From assembly GCA_963805945.1 (NCBI GenBank), contig CAWDVP010000002.1, positions 416,001 through 480,000 on the forward strand: DNA of 64,000 bases, read 5' to 3'. Shown one piece after another: positions 34,971 through 44,512 of the stretch. The notes below the pieces were generated by a model. That model searched no databases. It was not told the DNA's origin and was given only the letters and a program-made list of their open reading frames with translations. The stretch is from Vulcanimicrobiota bacterium. GTDB lineage: Bacteria > Vulcanimicrobiota > Vulcanimicrobiia > Eremiobacterales > Eremiobacteraceae. Position 1 is the first letter of the stretch. Every line of letters begins with the position of its first letter. A program made the position numbers and the translations under genes.

Positions 34971-34996
34971 ATGGAGCGGTCGAGTGCACTCGACCG
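34971..34996 (+). repeat. REP element, family B
   Basis: ATGGAG + CGGTCGAG-TGCA-CTCGACCG. Confidence 0.75.
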
Positions 34997-35014
34997 AATC
35001 AACGGAGGCGCGCG

Positions 35015-35347
35015 TCACGCGCGGACCAAGACCCGCCCCCGCTTCTTCGGATCGCGAGCTCTGCGAATCGTGATCTCAACGTCCTGACCCAACGCGTTGA
35101 GCACGCGCAGCAGGCGTTCGATCGAGAACTCTCGCGTATCCCCGCGCATCAAGCGAGATACTTGGGGCTGTGTCAGCCGAACGGATCGCGCGGCCTCTTG
35201 CTGGCTCGCCTGCTTGCGCGCCAGCAGTTCCGCGATGGCGTCCACGATCTGCGCCTTCGCTAGAGCCTCCTCGGGCAGATCGAGGCCGATATCAGCGAAC
35301 ACATTGCCGCTCCCACGCGTCACGCCCTTACGGCCGGTCTTCGCCAT
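35015..35347 (-). CDS. XRE/HTH antitoxin (HigA-like)
   Basis: GSGNVFADIGL, SQQEAA...TQPQVSRLMRG, FSIERL. Confidence 0.9.
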   Translation of the reverse strand: MAKTGRKGVTRGSGNVFADIGLDLPEEALAKAQIVDAIAELLARKQASQQEAARSVRLTQPQVSRLMRGDTREFSIERLLRVLNALGQDVEITIRRARDPKKRGRVLVRA

Positions 35348-35726
35348 GTCGCTTCTCCACACGCTCTTGTGCTGTTCTAAGGCGCCGTCTGATCAGATCC
35401 AACTCGCGTTTCGGCGTGCCGGCGCCTGTCAACGCCTTCTTCTGGAAGGCGTGTAGCACGTACACGATCTCGTGTGTGGTCGTGCAGGCCGCGCGGTACG
35501 TCCTGCGGCCCGAATCGTCATCCACCGAGATCTCAAGCACTGCGCGCAGATCGCCCTTCATCGGCTTGCAATCCACGTGGCTCTTGCCGCGCTGGATCTG
35601 GCGCAGCGCGTAACCCGTCACGAGCCTGACTTCCGTCGGAAACGAAGAGAGATCATCTCTTGATGAACCGACGAATTCTAACGGGCGGTCAGGTTTCGCT
35701 GCAGAGGGCGCACCTCTCGATATCAA
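35328..35726 (-). CDS. RelE/HigB (Gp49-like) toxin
   Basis: FVGSSRDDL..FP, KPMKG, TYR, VYVLHAFQKK, TPK.ELDLI..RL; toxin-first order. Confidence 0.88.
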   Translation of the reverse strand: MISRGAPSAAKPDRPLEFVGSSRDDLSSFPTEVRLVTGYALRQIQRGKSHVDCKPMKGDLRAVLEISVDDDSGRRTYRAACTTTHEIVYVLHAFQKKALTGAGTPKRELDLIRRRLRTAQERVEKRHGEDRP

Positions 35727-35730
35727 GAGT

Positions 35731-35759
35731 GTTATACCATATCCGGCCTAAACATGCAA
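35731..35759 (-). promoter_or_regulatory. Sigma70-type promoter of the TA operon
   Basis: Minus strand TTGCAT-17 nt-TATAAC with TG extended -10. Confidence 0.7.
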
Positions 35760-35839
35760 GGGCGTGCCCCGAGCGCGTGCAGCACCATCGCGACTCTTGA
35801 TTCACGGAAATGGGCGAGGGCGTCTAGTGGACGAAGCGG

Positions 35840-36580
35840 CTATTCGCCGAGGAGCTGGCTCACCGTCACGAACGTGTAACCCTGCGCGCGCAGCTGCGCG
35901 ATGATCTCCGGCAACGCCATGATGGTGTTGTACTGCCCGCTGTGCAGCAGCACGATGCCGCCCGGACGTGCCTGCTCCACCACCCGGTCGATGGTCACGT
36001 CGACCGGCAACATCGAGTTGTCCTTCGGCGAGTCGTCGGGCGCGTCGCTCCATAAGATGGTGCGGTAGCCGAGGCGCCGCGCGATGTCGACGACGCGCGT
36101 GTCGTAGCGGCCGTGCGGCGGCCGGAACAAGGTCGGGCGCGCGCCGGTGTACGTCTCGAGCAGCGTGCCGCAGCTGGTGATCTGCTCCTCGATCTCCGCG
36201 TCGGTCAGCCCTGTCAGCGAGTAATGATTGAAGGTATGGTTGGCGATCTCGCTGCCGGTCGCGACGATGCGTTCGACGAGCTGGGGATACTCTTGCATCG
36301 TCCGGCCGACGAGGAAGAACGTGGCGGGCGCGCCCGCGGTCTCCAACTGGTGCACCAGCAACGGCGTATAGAAAGGATACGGGCCGTCGTCGAAGGTGAG
36401 CGCGATCTCCTTGCGCTGCATCGGCACCGACCACACCCGGCCGTCGGCGAGGGCGCCGGTGTGCCGGCCCTCTTGCATCGCGGATGCGAGCTCGGGCCCG
36501 ACATCGGTGGACTGCGCGATCGCGGGCAGTGCCGGGGCGAGCATGAGGCACGCCGCGAGCGCGAGCCACATGCGCCTCAT
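35840..36580 (-). CDS. Secreted polysaccharide deacetylase (CE4/NodB)
   Basis: TFDDGP, ATFF, NHTFNH, FRPPHG, IVLLH. Confidence 0.92.
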   Translation of the reverse strand: MRRMWLALAACLMLAPALPAIAQSTDVGPELASAMQEGRHTGALADGRVWSVPMQRKEIALTFDDGPYPFYTPLLVHQLETAGAPATFFLVGRTMQEYPQLVERIVATGSEIANHTFNHYSLTGLTDAEIEEQITSCGTLLETYTGARPTLFRPPHGRYDTRVVDIARRLGYRTILWSDAPDDSPKDNSMLPVDVTIDRVVEQARPGGIVLLHSGQYNTIMALPEIIAQLRAQGYTFVTVSQLLGE

Positions 36581-37281
36581 CTCGGCACCTGCGGCGAGAT
36601 CCAGACGCGGCCGAACGCCGACAGGAACGCTTCATCTGCAAGGCCGCGGTCGCGCACCGCGAGATACGTCGTCCGATCGGCCGACACGGAGAACACCGTG
36701 CTCTCGGTGCTGACGGCGGTCACCTTGTCCGCGGGGATGGTCGCCCATACATCGACCGTCTGCAGATCGGGGAAGCGCTCGAACGCGGTGCGCACGAGGG
36801 TGGCGGCCTCCTGCTCCATCTCTTCTTCATCGATGTCGCGCATGGTGTGCGGCACGCGCGCGGAAAACCGGATGCCGGCGGCCTCGTACGAGCCCGCATC
36901 GGAGACGAAGACCTTGAGGATGTTGTGCTTCGGCAGCACGGGATACGCCGCGTGGAACAGTTCGTCTTCGCGCAGCGGCTCGTAGCCCTCGATCCACGGG
37001 CGCTCGGCGAACGGGGTGGTGCCCGGCGCGATCTCACGATCGGTCATCGGCTCTGAGACCTCGCCGCGGCCGGTCGACTCAGACGCCGAGAGCGCTTGCC
37101 CGACGGTGCCCGGCGGGAGTTCGCCGCCCGGCTGCGAGGCCGCGGATGCAGCATGGACGACCGCGCCGCTCACCACGTGCGGGCTATGCGTCGTCGCCCT
37201 AGCAGCGCCGCAGACGCACAACACGACGGCGGCGCCCAGCGCGCCGGCCAACGGGATTTTCACGAACTCACAACGCCGCAT
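36577..37281 (-). CDS. Secreted hypothetical protein
   Basis: Signal-like N-terminus; stop overlaps deacetylase start (ATGA). Confidence 0.7.
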   Translation of the reverse strand: MRRCEFVKIPLAGALGAAVVLCVCGAARATTHSPHVVSGAVVHAASAASQPGGELPPGTVGQALSASESTGRGEVSEPMTDREIAPGTTPFAERPWIEGYEPLREDELFHAAYPVLPKHNILKVFVSDAGSYEAAGIRFSARVPHTMRDIDEEEMEQEAATLVRTAFERFPDLQTVDVWATIPADKVTAVSTESTVFSVSADRTTYLAVRDRGLADEAFLSAFGRVWISPQVPR

Positions 37282-37510
37282 ATAGTCGATCGGTTCCAGT
37301 GCTCACGTCACGCCAAGCGCCGCGGCGGTCAATACTGACCCGGCGGCAGAGGGTTTCCTTCACGAAAATAGGCCAGGGGCCCTCGGGACCCGCACCGTTT
37401 TGGCGCCAGGGCGCGTTTCTCTGACAAGCAGACAGCCGCCCGGAAGTCGGTGCGCCCGGGCGTCGCAAGGTCTGCACCCTCACCGAACACGAGGATGGCA
37501 CAGCAAACGC

Positions 37511-37834
37511 ATGCATGAAGACGACCAGGCACCGACTCCCGCAGCCGAGGTGACCGAATCGATCACCGTGGCGATGACCGTCCGCGAGGCCGGCAAGCGC
37601 GGCGGCGATGCGGTCCGCAAGAAGTACGGCCCTTCGTTCTACGAAGAGATCGGCCGCAAGGGCGGCCGGCGCACCAAGGAGCGCCACGGCGTCGGCTTCT
37701 ACGGCAGCATCGGCCAAAAAGGCGGCAACGCGGTCAAGGACAAGTACGGCTCAGGCTTCTACGAAGAGATCGGCCATAAGGGCGGCCAGAAGGTCAAGCA
37801 GCTCATCGAAGAGGCGAAGCGCGCGGCCTCCTAA
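37511..37834 (+). CDS. KGG-repeat general stress protein (GsiB/YciG-like)
   Basis: MTVREAGKRGG followed by three FYxxIGxKGG repeats. Confidence 0.88.
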   Translation: MHEDDQAPTPAAEVTESITVAMTVREAGKRGGDAVRKKYGPSFYEEIGRKGGRRTKERHGVGFYGSIGQKGGNAVKDKYGSGFYEEIGHKGGQKVKQLIEEAKRAAS

Positions 37835-37840
37835 AAGCGG

Positions 37841-37876
37841 CGGCGGCGGGGGAAACCTCGCCGCCGAACTTCTTCT
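37841..37876 (+). terminator. Intrinsic terminator-like hairpin
   Basis: CGGCGGCGGGG-GAAA-CCTCGCCGCCG followed by a pyrimidine tract. Confidence 0.6.
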
Positions 37877-37889
37877 AGCGGGGTGAGCC

Positions 37890-38978
37890 TTGGCATCGTC
37901 TCTCGATTCGATCAACCGGGCGGTCGCCGATCCCGGCGATATGATGGGCGCGATCCTCGCTCTGCCCGAGCAATGCGTCCGCGCCAAGCTCATCGCGAGC
38001 AGCGCCGATCTAGGCCTACTGCAGAACAGATCGTTTCCTAACGTCGTCATCGCCGGGCTCGGCGGCTCTGCAATCGGCGCCGACCTGCTGCGCTCCATCT
38101 ACGAACCTTTCTTGCGCGTGCCGGTCGTCGTCTCGCGCGACTACCACCTGCCCGGCTTCGTCGACGCGGACACGCTCGTCATCGCCGCCAGCTACTCCGG
38201 CAACACCGAAGAGACGCTCGCATCGTACGCCGCGGCGCGCAAAGCGAACGCGTCGGTGCTCGCCATCACGACCGGGGGCGAACTGCTCACGCAGGTGCAC
38301 CGAGACGGCCAGACCGCGATCGAGATCCCCGGCGGCCTGCAGCCGCGCGCGGCGATCGGCTCGTCGCTCGTGCCGCTCATCGTGAGCATGACCCGGCTCG
38401 GGCTGATGCCCGGGCGCCTCGCCGACGAGATCGACGAGATGATCGCGACCCTCATCCGCGTGCGCGATGAGAACGCGCCGGACGTCGCGAGTCCGCGCAA
38501 TAGTGCCAAACGATTGGCAGAGCAGTGGCTCGGCAAGATCCCCGTCATCTACGGCTCGCAGGGCGAGCGCGGCGTCGTCGCCTATCGGTGGAAGTGCCAG
38601 ATCAACGAGAACGCCAAAGCGTTCGCGGTCGCCAACGTGCTGCCGGAGCTCGACCACAACGAATCGGTCGGCTGGAGCGGCGGCGAGCGCCAAGGGCGGG
38701 CAGAGCAGCCGCTGAGCGTCGTCTTCTTGCGCGACGATCGCGAGCCGACCGCCATCAGAAGGCGCGCCGAACTCACCAAGCAGATCGTCGAGAAGCGGGC
38801 TGCGTCGGTCGCCGAAGCGTGGGCGTCAGGCGAGAGCGTGCTCGCGCGCGCCATGTCGCTCGCCTACCTCGGTGATTTCGCCTCGTGCTACTTGGCGTAT
38901 GCCTACGGCGAAGATCCGACGCCGGTCAAGGTGATCGATTGGTTGAAGTCGGAGCTGGCCCGCCCGCCCCGACCCTAG
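37890..38978 (+). CDS. Bifunctional phosphoglucose/phosphomannose isomerase
   Basis: GLGGSAIG, SYSGNTEET, QPRAA, RWKCQINENAK, PELDHNE, DPTPV..I..LK. Confidence 0.93.
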   Translation: MASSLDSINRAVADPGDMMGAILALPEQCVRAKLIASSADLGLLQNRSFPNVVIAGLGGSAIGADLLRSIYEPFLRVPVVVSRDYHLPGFVDADTLVIAASYSGNTEETLASYAAARKANASVLAITTGGELLTQVHRDGQTAIEIPGGLQPRAAIGSSLVPLIVSMTRLGLMPGRLADEIDEMIATLIRVRDENAPDVASPRNSAKRLAEQWLGKIPVIYGSQGERGVVAYRWKCQINENAKAFAVANVLPELDHNESVGWSGGERQGRAEQPLSVVFLRDDREPTAIRRRAELTKQIVEKRAASVAEAWASGESVLARAMSLAYLGDFASCYLAYAYGEDPTPVKVIDWLKSELARPPRP

Positions 38979-38979
38979 C
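38928..38979 (+). repeat. 52-bp direct repeat, copy 1 (3' end of pgi/pmi)
   Basis: 44/52 ungapped identity with 39291-39342; 21-bp identical core GCTGGCCCGCCCGCCCCGACC. Confidence 0.9.
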
Positions 38980-38987
38980 AGATTCTA

Positions 38988-39279
38988 ATGGAAGCAAAAT
39001 TGTTCGGACAATCAAGATTGTTTCGCTGGGGACCAGCCCTACTTCTACCCGCCGTGATTCTGTGGACCTTGGTAGCGTATTACTTTCCAGGTGGCCAAGC
39101 GTGGGCGGGCTACGTAGTGTGGCCAACGGCCCCGGCTATCGCGATCGCTTGGCACATCACTCTTTTGTTTCGAGACAAAGACAAGGCTTTTGCAGTGGCT
39201 ATTCGCGGGCGTGAACATCGGCGCGGTGACGTACGCCTCGTTCATGGCATCAATGTTACTGTTCCACGAGAGTCTTTAG
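38988..39279 (+). CDS. Small 3-TM membrane protein on a lower-GC insert (probable 1-bp excess in T-run near 39187)
   Basis: Two TM segments in the listed ORF; removing one T gives KALQWLFAGVNIGAVTYASFMASMLLFHESL*. Confidence 0.55.
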
Positions 39280-39288
39280 ATCTCGCGA

Positions 39289-39894
39289 TTAGGGCGATAG
39301 TTTGGTTGAACTGGGGGCTGGCCCGCCCGCCCCGACCTTAGCGATCGATTTGCCGGTCGTGATCATGCCCGTGGCGAGGTTCGCCGAGAGATGGTCCGTG
39401 CGTATCGCGACGCCGTGGTAGCTCAGATCGGTGGGACCTGGGCAGGTGAGCGTCTGCGCCGCGGTGTTCCAGACCAGCGCGTCCGTGACGAAATGCTGCT
39501 TGTCGGGTAGCCCGAGCGACCACACGCGCACGCCTTTGCTCGCGTTGTAGTTCAGACTGCGCGAGTCCACGATGATCTCGCCTGCCGCGATCTTGTACGT
39601 CGGCTTGCCGCGCAGGTAGTAGGTGGCCGCCGCGTCGTGATACGTCGAGACCGAGCCGTCGATGCTGAACTCGGACTTCGCGGCAGAAAAGCGCCAACTC
39701 GTCTTGCCATCGTGCAAACCCTGGCCGGAGATGCCGGTCACCTCGATCTTCGCGTTGGTGGTGGCGGGCACGAGGTCGGCCGTCATGAGCCCGCTGATCA
39801 GGAGATAGATCAACAGCCCGCAGAACGCGATGCCGGCGACGGCGACCCACGTCTCCCAGCGGCGCAGCAGGCCGCGCCGCACCAACACCATCAT
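39289..39894 (-). CDS. lptC: LptC-like LPS export protein
   Basis: Single N-terminal TM, then beta-jellyroll pattern (W.FSA, TDALVWN..QTL, L.ANL..G); start overlaps lnt stop. Confidence 0.72.
   Translation of the reverse strand: MMVLVRRGLLRRWETWVAVAGIAFCGLLIYLLISGLMTADLVPATTNAKIEVTGISGQGLHDGKTSWRFSAAKSEFSIDGSVSTYHDAAATYYLRGKPTYKIAAGEIIVDSRSLNYNASKGVRVWSLGLPDKQHFVTDALVWNTAAQTLTCPGPTDLSYHGVAIRTDHLSANLATGMITTGKSIAKVGAGGPAPSSTKLSP
39291..39342 (+). repeat. 52-bp direct repeat, copy 2 (encodes the 3' end of lptC on the minus strand)
   Basis: Matches copy 1 at a 363-bp offset. Confidence 0.9.
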
Positions 39895-41417
39895 AGCCGC
39901 TGCGCCAAGACGCGCCGCCGCGCCGAGACGCGCCGAACCGGCGCCAGCGCCGCCGCGAGCAAGATCAGCAGCGCCAGCCCCTCCAGCCAGGTCGCGCCGA
40001 AGCGCACATACGGCGTGTCGATCGGCGGCCCGATGTGCGCGATGAGGATGTCCGAGACGTCGAGCGGCAGCTGGCCGACGATCCTCCCCTTCGGGTCGAT
40101 GACCTGCGAGATGCCCGTGTCCGCGCCGCGCACCACCCAACGCCCGGTCTGCACCGCGTCGATGGCCGCGAGGTCGGCATGGATGACCGGTCCGGAGGTC
40201 GCGCCGAACCACGCGTCGTCGGTGATGATGAGCAACGCCGTCGCGCCGAGCACCGCGCCGGCGCGCGCGTATGACGCATATGCCGACTCGAAGCAGATGA
40301 GCGGACTGAAGCGATGGCCGTCCACGTCGAGCAGCGTCGCGCCGGGGCCATGGCGGAACGCCGATGCCGCGTCGAAGCCGTGGATGCGCCGGAAGAAGTC
40401 GTCGAACGGCAAGAACTCGGCGAACGGCACGAGGATGTGCTTGCGATACACGCCCTGCAGCGACCCGTCGGGATCGAGCGTCAGCGCGACGTTGTAGAGC
40501 ACGCCGCGCTGCGGCGACTCGACCGCGCCGGCGACGAGCCACACCTTTTGCGCGCGCACCAGACCGCGCAGCTCGTTGAGCAGCGCCGGTTTCTGCAGCG
40601 GATAATCGGTGATCGCGGTCTCAGGCCAGATGACGATGTCCGCGCCGCGCGCCGCGGCGCGCTTCGTCAGATTCGTGTAGATCGCGATGGTGTGCGCGAA
40701 GATGGCGGGTGACCACTTGGTGCGCTGCGAGATGTCGCCTTGCACGATCGCGACCGTCGCGTTCGGCGCTGGGAGCGGGATGCTCGTGCGCGCGGCGTCG
40801 CCGAGCGCGATCAGCACGATGAGGCAGCCGAGCGTCGCGGCGCCGATCGCGCGGGTCGCGCCGTCGCCGAACAGGATGCCCGCCACCGCGCCGTTGCTCA
40901 ACGCGATGATCGCCGTGAGCCCGTACATGCCCGCATACGCGGCCATCGGAAGCAGCCACGCGGCATGCGCCGCGACCGCGCCGAGATGCGCGAACGGCAT
41001 GCTCACCGCGCCGTTGGTGCGCAGCGATTCCATGATGAGCCAGGCGGCGGGCGCCGCGAAGATCATCGGCAGGCGGAACGAACCGCGCGCTATGAGCGAG
41101 GTCGCCACCGCGGCGACGGCGACGAAGGAGCTCTCGCCTAGCGACAGCAGACCGAGCGCGAGGAAGCGCAAGTTGCCGATCTCATCGCCGATCGAGTAGA
41201 CCATCCACGCGTCGAGCATCGCGAACAGGATGGTGCCGGAGATGAGACTCCAGCCAAGCGCCGCCTTCCAGGACGACACGGACCATAGCCAGAACAGAGG
41301 CGCCAGCGCGACGAACGCCAGCGGCGTGTACTCCGTCTTCGGAAACGCCAGGGCGAGGATCATCGGGCAGGTAAACGCCACCGCCAAGCGGACAATGAAT
41401 GGACTTGACTGACTCAC
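39891..41417 (-). CDS. lnt: Apolipoprotein N-acyltransferase
   Basis: LAFP, VQGDI, WPET, YRKHILVPFAE, LICFES (E-K-C triad), DAWFG, TGIS. Confidence 0.95.
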   Translation of the reverse strand: MSQSSPFIVRLAVAFTCPMILALAFPKTEYTPLAFVALAPLFWLWSVSSWKAALGWSLISGTILFAMLDAWMVYSIGDEIGNLRFLALGLLSLGESSFVAVAAVATSLIARGSFRLPMIFAAPAAWLIMESLRTNGAVSMPFAHLGAVAAHAAWLLPMAAYAGMYGLTAIIALSNGAVAGILFGDGATRAIGAATLGCLIVLIALGDAARTSIPLPAPNATVAIVQGDISQRTKWSPAIFAHTIAIYTNLTKRAAARGADIVIWPETAITDYPLQKPALLNELRGLVRAQKVWLVAGAVESPQRGVLYNVALTLDPDGSLQGVYRKHILVPFAEFLPFDDFFRRIHGFDAASAFRHGPGATLLDVDGHRFSPLICFESAYASYARAGAVLGATALLIITDDAWFGATSGPVIHADLAAIDAVQTGRWVVRGADTGISQVIDPKGRIVGQLPLDVSDILIAHIGPPIDTPYVRFGATWLEGLALLILLAAALAPVRRVSARRRVLAQRL

Positions 41418-41443
41418 GACGCTCCCCGTTCGCGCCCTGGCGC

Positions 41444-42169
41444 ATGGCGTCCGCCCTGCTCGCGGCGGCGCTGTTGGCCTCGTGCGGGCGCGGCCCGTTG
41501 ACCCCGCCGCCCATCACCACGGGCGGCACCATCCAGCTGCAGCTGTACGTCGCCGGCAACATCGTACCGGCGCAAGGCGACTACATCATCGCCGTCAACG
41601 CCGTGACCGCGTCCGGCGGCTCTGTCAATCCCGGCGAGAACGCGGGCATGCCCACCGTCGCGGAAGCGCAATCCGGTTCGTTCACGCACTGGGATCAAGA
41701 GTTCGTGTACGGCTTCGACACCACGACCGCGCCCAACGGCTTCAACTACAACTACAAGGTCGTCGGCGGCGGCGGCGTGGCGGTGTTCGTGCCCATCATC
41801 CTCACCTCGAACCAGTTCATCTTCATCCCCAGCCTGTCGGCGGGCACCGGCAGCAACAACGCGCTCTCGATCACGCTGCCGCTCTCGTCGCTGTCCATCC
41901 GCGCCAACCCGAACGGCACGAGCCCGGCCACCGTGACGACGCCGCCGGCGGTCATGCTGCACGTCAACTACATCACGCTCGATACGAGCCATGCGCCGCA
42001 GGATCAATTGGGCTGCTGCAGCCTGCTCACGAGCGGGTTCGATCTGCAGATCGACCTGACGAAGTCGAACACCTATTTCAGCCAGCTCACGACGCCGCCG
42101 ACCAAGCAAGGCCCGTCCAACCCGAACCTGTTCATCACCGGCGGCCAGATCATCGTCACACCGCCCTGA
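41444..42169 (+). CDS. Hypothetical lipoprotein
   Basis: LLAAALLASC lipobox; beta-rich; host-like codon usage. Confidence 0.7.
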   Translation: MASALLAAALLASCGRGPLTPPPITTGGTIQLQLYVAGNIVPAQGDYIIAVNAVTASGGSVNPGENAGMPTVAEAQSGSFTHWDQEFVYGFDTTTAPNGFNYNYKVVGGGGVAVFVPIILTSNQFIFIPSLSAGTGSNNALSITLPLSSLSIRANPNGTSPATVTTPPAVMLHVNYITLDTSHAPQDQLGCCSLLTSGFDLQIDLTKSNTYFSQLTTPPTKQGPSNPNLFITGGQIIVTPP

Positions 42170-44506
42170 TCACGGGTTGCCGAAGCTCTGCGGCAGCAGC
42201 GATGAGCCCGTCAGGCCGAAGTTGATCGCCTGTGTCGGGAACGCGAGCAGGTTCACCGAGATGTCGAGCTCGTGCAGCGCCTGGCGATAGGCGAGGCGGA
42301 TCTGGTAGCAATCGTTGACGGTATGGGTGAGGAAGTAGTTCTGCCCTTCTAGACCGTGCAGCTTGAAATCGTAATTGCCGAGGAACTGCAGGTAATCGTT
42401 GCGCCCGAGCGGCGTCGACATCGTGATGTTCAAGGGACCGTAGCCGCCGCCGTGCGGGTCGTATGAATCGCCGAGCAGCACGCTCGAATAGACGGTCGGC
42501 AGCACGCTGAGCTGGTAGTTGATCGAGCCCAGGTACTTGTTCTTGAAATCGTAGTTGGTGCTGGCGGTGAAGCGATAGGCGCTGCCGTTGTACACGTTGA
42601 GCACGTCGTTGATCTGGTCGAAGCCGGAGAGCAGATCGAAAGAGCGCATCGGGGTGTAGCCGCGCACGCTCTGGTCCTGATAGGCGAGCGTGTTGTCGGC
42701 GTGCCGGCCGAAGAACTTCTGCAGCGAGAGCTGCTCGGTGATCGCGCCGCGCTCGTCGCCCGTGCCGTAGAGATCCTGGCGCACGCCGGCCTGGACGTTG
42801 AACGTCGCGCTGTCGCCGATGCGATAGATGGCGCTGCCCAGCTGACCGTTGATCTCGTGCCGCGACGTGGTGACGTTGTCGTACTGGTCGTCGTAGACGC
42901 CGTCGATGAGCGTGAACTGCACCGGCATGCGGATGTTGGTGATGTTGAACGGCCGGCTGCGGATCGTCAGCTCGGGCACGCGCTGCAGGCCGACGACAGG
43001 ATTGGTGAGGGTCTGCGACGGCCCGGTGATCGTGGTCTGCCCGTGATTGGTCGAGACGACGAGATCGGCGTCGAACGCGCGCGCCGAGTAGCGCGTGTCG
43101 TTCGAGAACAGGATCGAACGGGCGAAGGTCGAGGACTGCAGCAGCGTGCCCTCCGCGGAGACCACCTGCGCCCACTGCAGCTGGAGCGAGACGTTCTCGG
43201 AGAAGACCGGCGAGAACGAGATGTTGTGGTTGAGCAGCGCGCCGAACGAGCTGTTCGGTCCGGTCGTCGTCGCCGTGCCGCCGTAGCTGGTGGAGCTGCG
43301 CGCGCCGTTGTGCGTGACGTTGACGTTGGCGGACAGCGTCGGCGGGATGGACGTGAGCAGCGTCTGGCTGTTGTAGCTCGCGTTCGCGCTCAGCGTGACG
43401 TGATGCGCGAACGTGCGCTGGTAGGTGAGCGTCGAGGAGAACGAGTTCTTCAGCCCGGTCACCGATTGCTGATAACCGTTGCTGCGCAGATTGTAGACCG
43501 TCAGCTCGCCCGAGCCGAGGCCGTCACGCCGCGAGAAGTAGAAATCCGCGCCGAGCCCGATGCCCGCCTTCTGGAAATAATCGACGTGATAGGTGCCGTA
43601 GAAGTACGGGCTGCCGTAGAAATTGATGTAGTTCTTGATGAAGAAGCCGTAGATCGAGTTGTAGCCGATGCGCGGCGCGATGGCGGTCGGCCGCCGCGCG
43701 CCCTCCTGGTTGAGCGGCACGACCAAGATGCCGAGACCGGCCACGAGGTACTTGCCGAGATACAGCGCCGGGCTGTGCGCGATCATGCGATCGCTCGGGC
43801 GTATCTCGATCTCCTTGCCGGTGACGTGGTAGGCGACATGGTGCAGGTCGCAGGTGGTCACCCAGCCCTTCGTGAGCACCGCATGCCCGTTGTGATCGAT
43901 GACGATGCGCTCGCCCTTGTAGTAGAGGAAGCCGTGGATGCGCTCCGACTGGTAGGCGACCGATGAGGTCTGGCCCTCGACGCCGTCCATGATGATGCGG
44001 TCGTGCGCCACGTCGTACTCGAGCGCTTGCGCGGTGGCCGAATCGCCGTTTGCAGACAGATAATGCACGTGGCCGGCGGCGTGGACGATATGCGTCGCCG
44101 CGTCGTAATGCGCGCGATCGGCGGTGATGTTCGAGTCGCCCGACACGATGACGACGTGGCCGTCCGCGTCCATATCGCCGTTCGTCTTGCCGTAGACGCG
44201 GTCCGCGGTGATCTGGCCGAAGCCGGGCGGCGGGGTGGGCGAAGGCGCCGGCGTCGGTGTGCCCGGCGAGCCCGAAGGAACGGGGATCGGCGTCGGCGTC
44301 GCGCCGTGGTGCGTGGTCGTCGGATAGAGGCCTGCGTCGGCGTCGGCGGGCGCGTACGTCGCCGCCGGCGTCGCGGGGATCGGAGACGGTGTTTCTCCCT
44401 GCTGCGCGTCATGCGCCGCGGCTGGAACGCTTGCGAAGCAAAGAACGAAGACCGCCGCGAGAGGTGCGGCGGCGATGGTCGGGGCTTTCGCGTGCCGCAG
44501 CCGCAA
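42170..44506 (-). CDS. lptD: LptD-like outer-membrane LPS assembly protein
   Basis: Signal peptide; OstA-like jellyroll (ITADR, A.GHV), TTCD..HY, P.IGYNS..GFF; long amphipathic beta-strand region. Confidence 0.8.
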   Translation of the reverse strand: MRLRHAKAPTIAAAPLAAVFVLCFASVPAAAHDAQQGETPSPIPATPAATYAPADADAGLYPTTTHHGATPTPIPVPSGSPGTPTPAPSPTPPPGFGQITADRVYGKTNGDMDADGHVVIVSGDSNITADRAHYDAATHIVHAAGHVHYLSANGDSATAQALEYDVAHDRIIMDGVEGQTSSVAYQSERIHGFLYYKGERIVIDHNGHAVLTKGWVTTCDLHHVAYHVTGKEIEIRPSDRMIAHSPALYLGKYLVAGLGILVVPLNQEGARRPTAIAPRIGYNSIYGFFIKNYINFYGSPYFYGTYHVDYFQKAGIGLGADFYFSRRDGLGSGELTVYNLRSNGYQQSVTGLKNSFSSTLTYQRTFAHHVTLSANASYNSQTLLTSIPPTLSANVNVTHNGARSSTSYGGTATTTGPNSSFGALLNHNISFSPVFSENVSLQLQWAQVVSAEGTLLQSSTFARSILFSNDTRYSARAFDADLVVSTNHGQTTITGPSQTLTNPVVGLQRVPELTIRSRPFNITNIRMPVQFTLIDGVYDDQYDNVTTSRHEINGQLGSAIYRIGDSATFNVQAGVRQDLYGTGDERGAITEQLSLQKFFGRHADNTLAYQDQSVRGYTPMRSFDLLSGFDQINDVLNVYNGSAYRFTASTNYDFKNKYLGSINYQLSVLPTVYSSVLLGDSYDPHGGGYGPLNITMSTPLGRNDYLQFLGNYDFKLHGLEGQNYFLTHTVNDCYQIRLAYRQALHELDISVNLLAFPTQAINFGLTGSSLLPQSFGNP

Positions 44507-44512
44507 CCGGCG

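Noticed and set aside
37285..37505. Possible ncRNA in the ~220-bp divergent intergenic region
   Set aside because: Only short GC-rich hairpins and no recognisable family signature; an Infernal search would be needed.
38988..39341. Integron cassette or 117-aa pgi-tail fusion protein
   Set aside because: No attC-type RYYYAAC/GTTRRRY structure or integrase is seen; read-through into the repeat likely comes from one extra T in a homopolymer.
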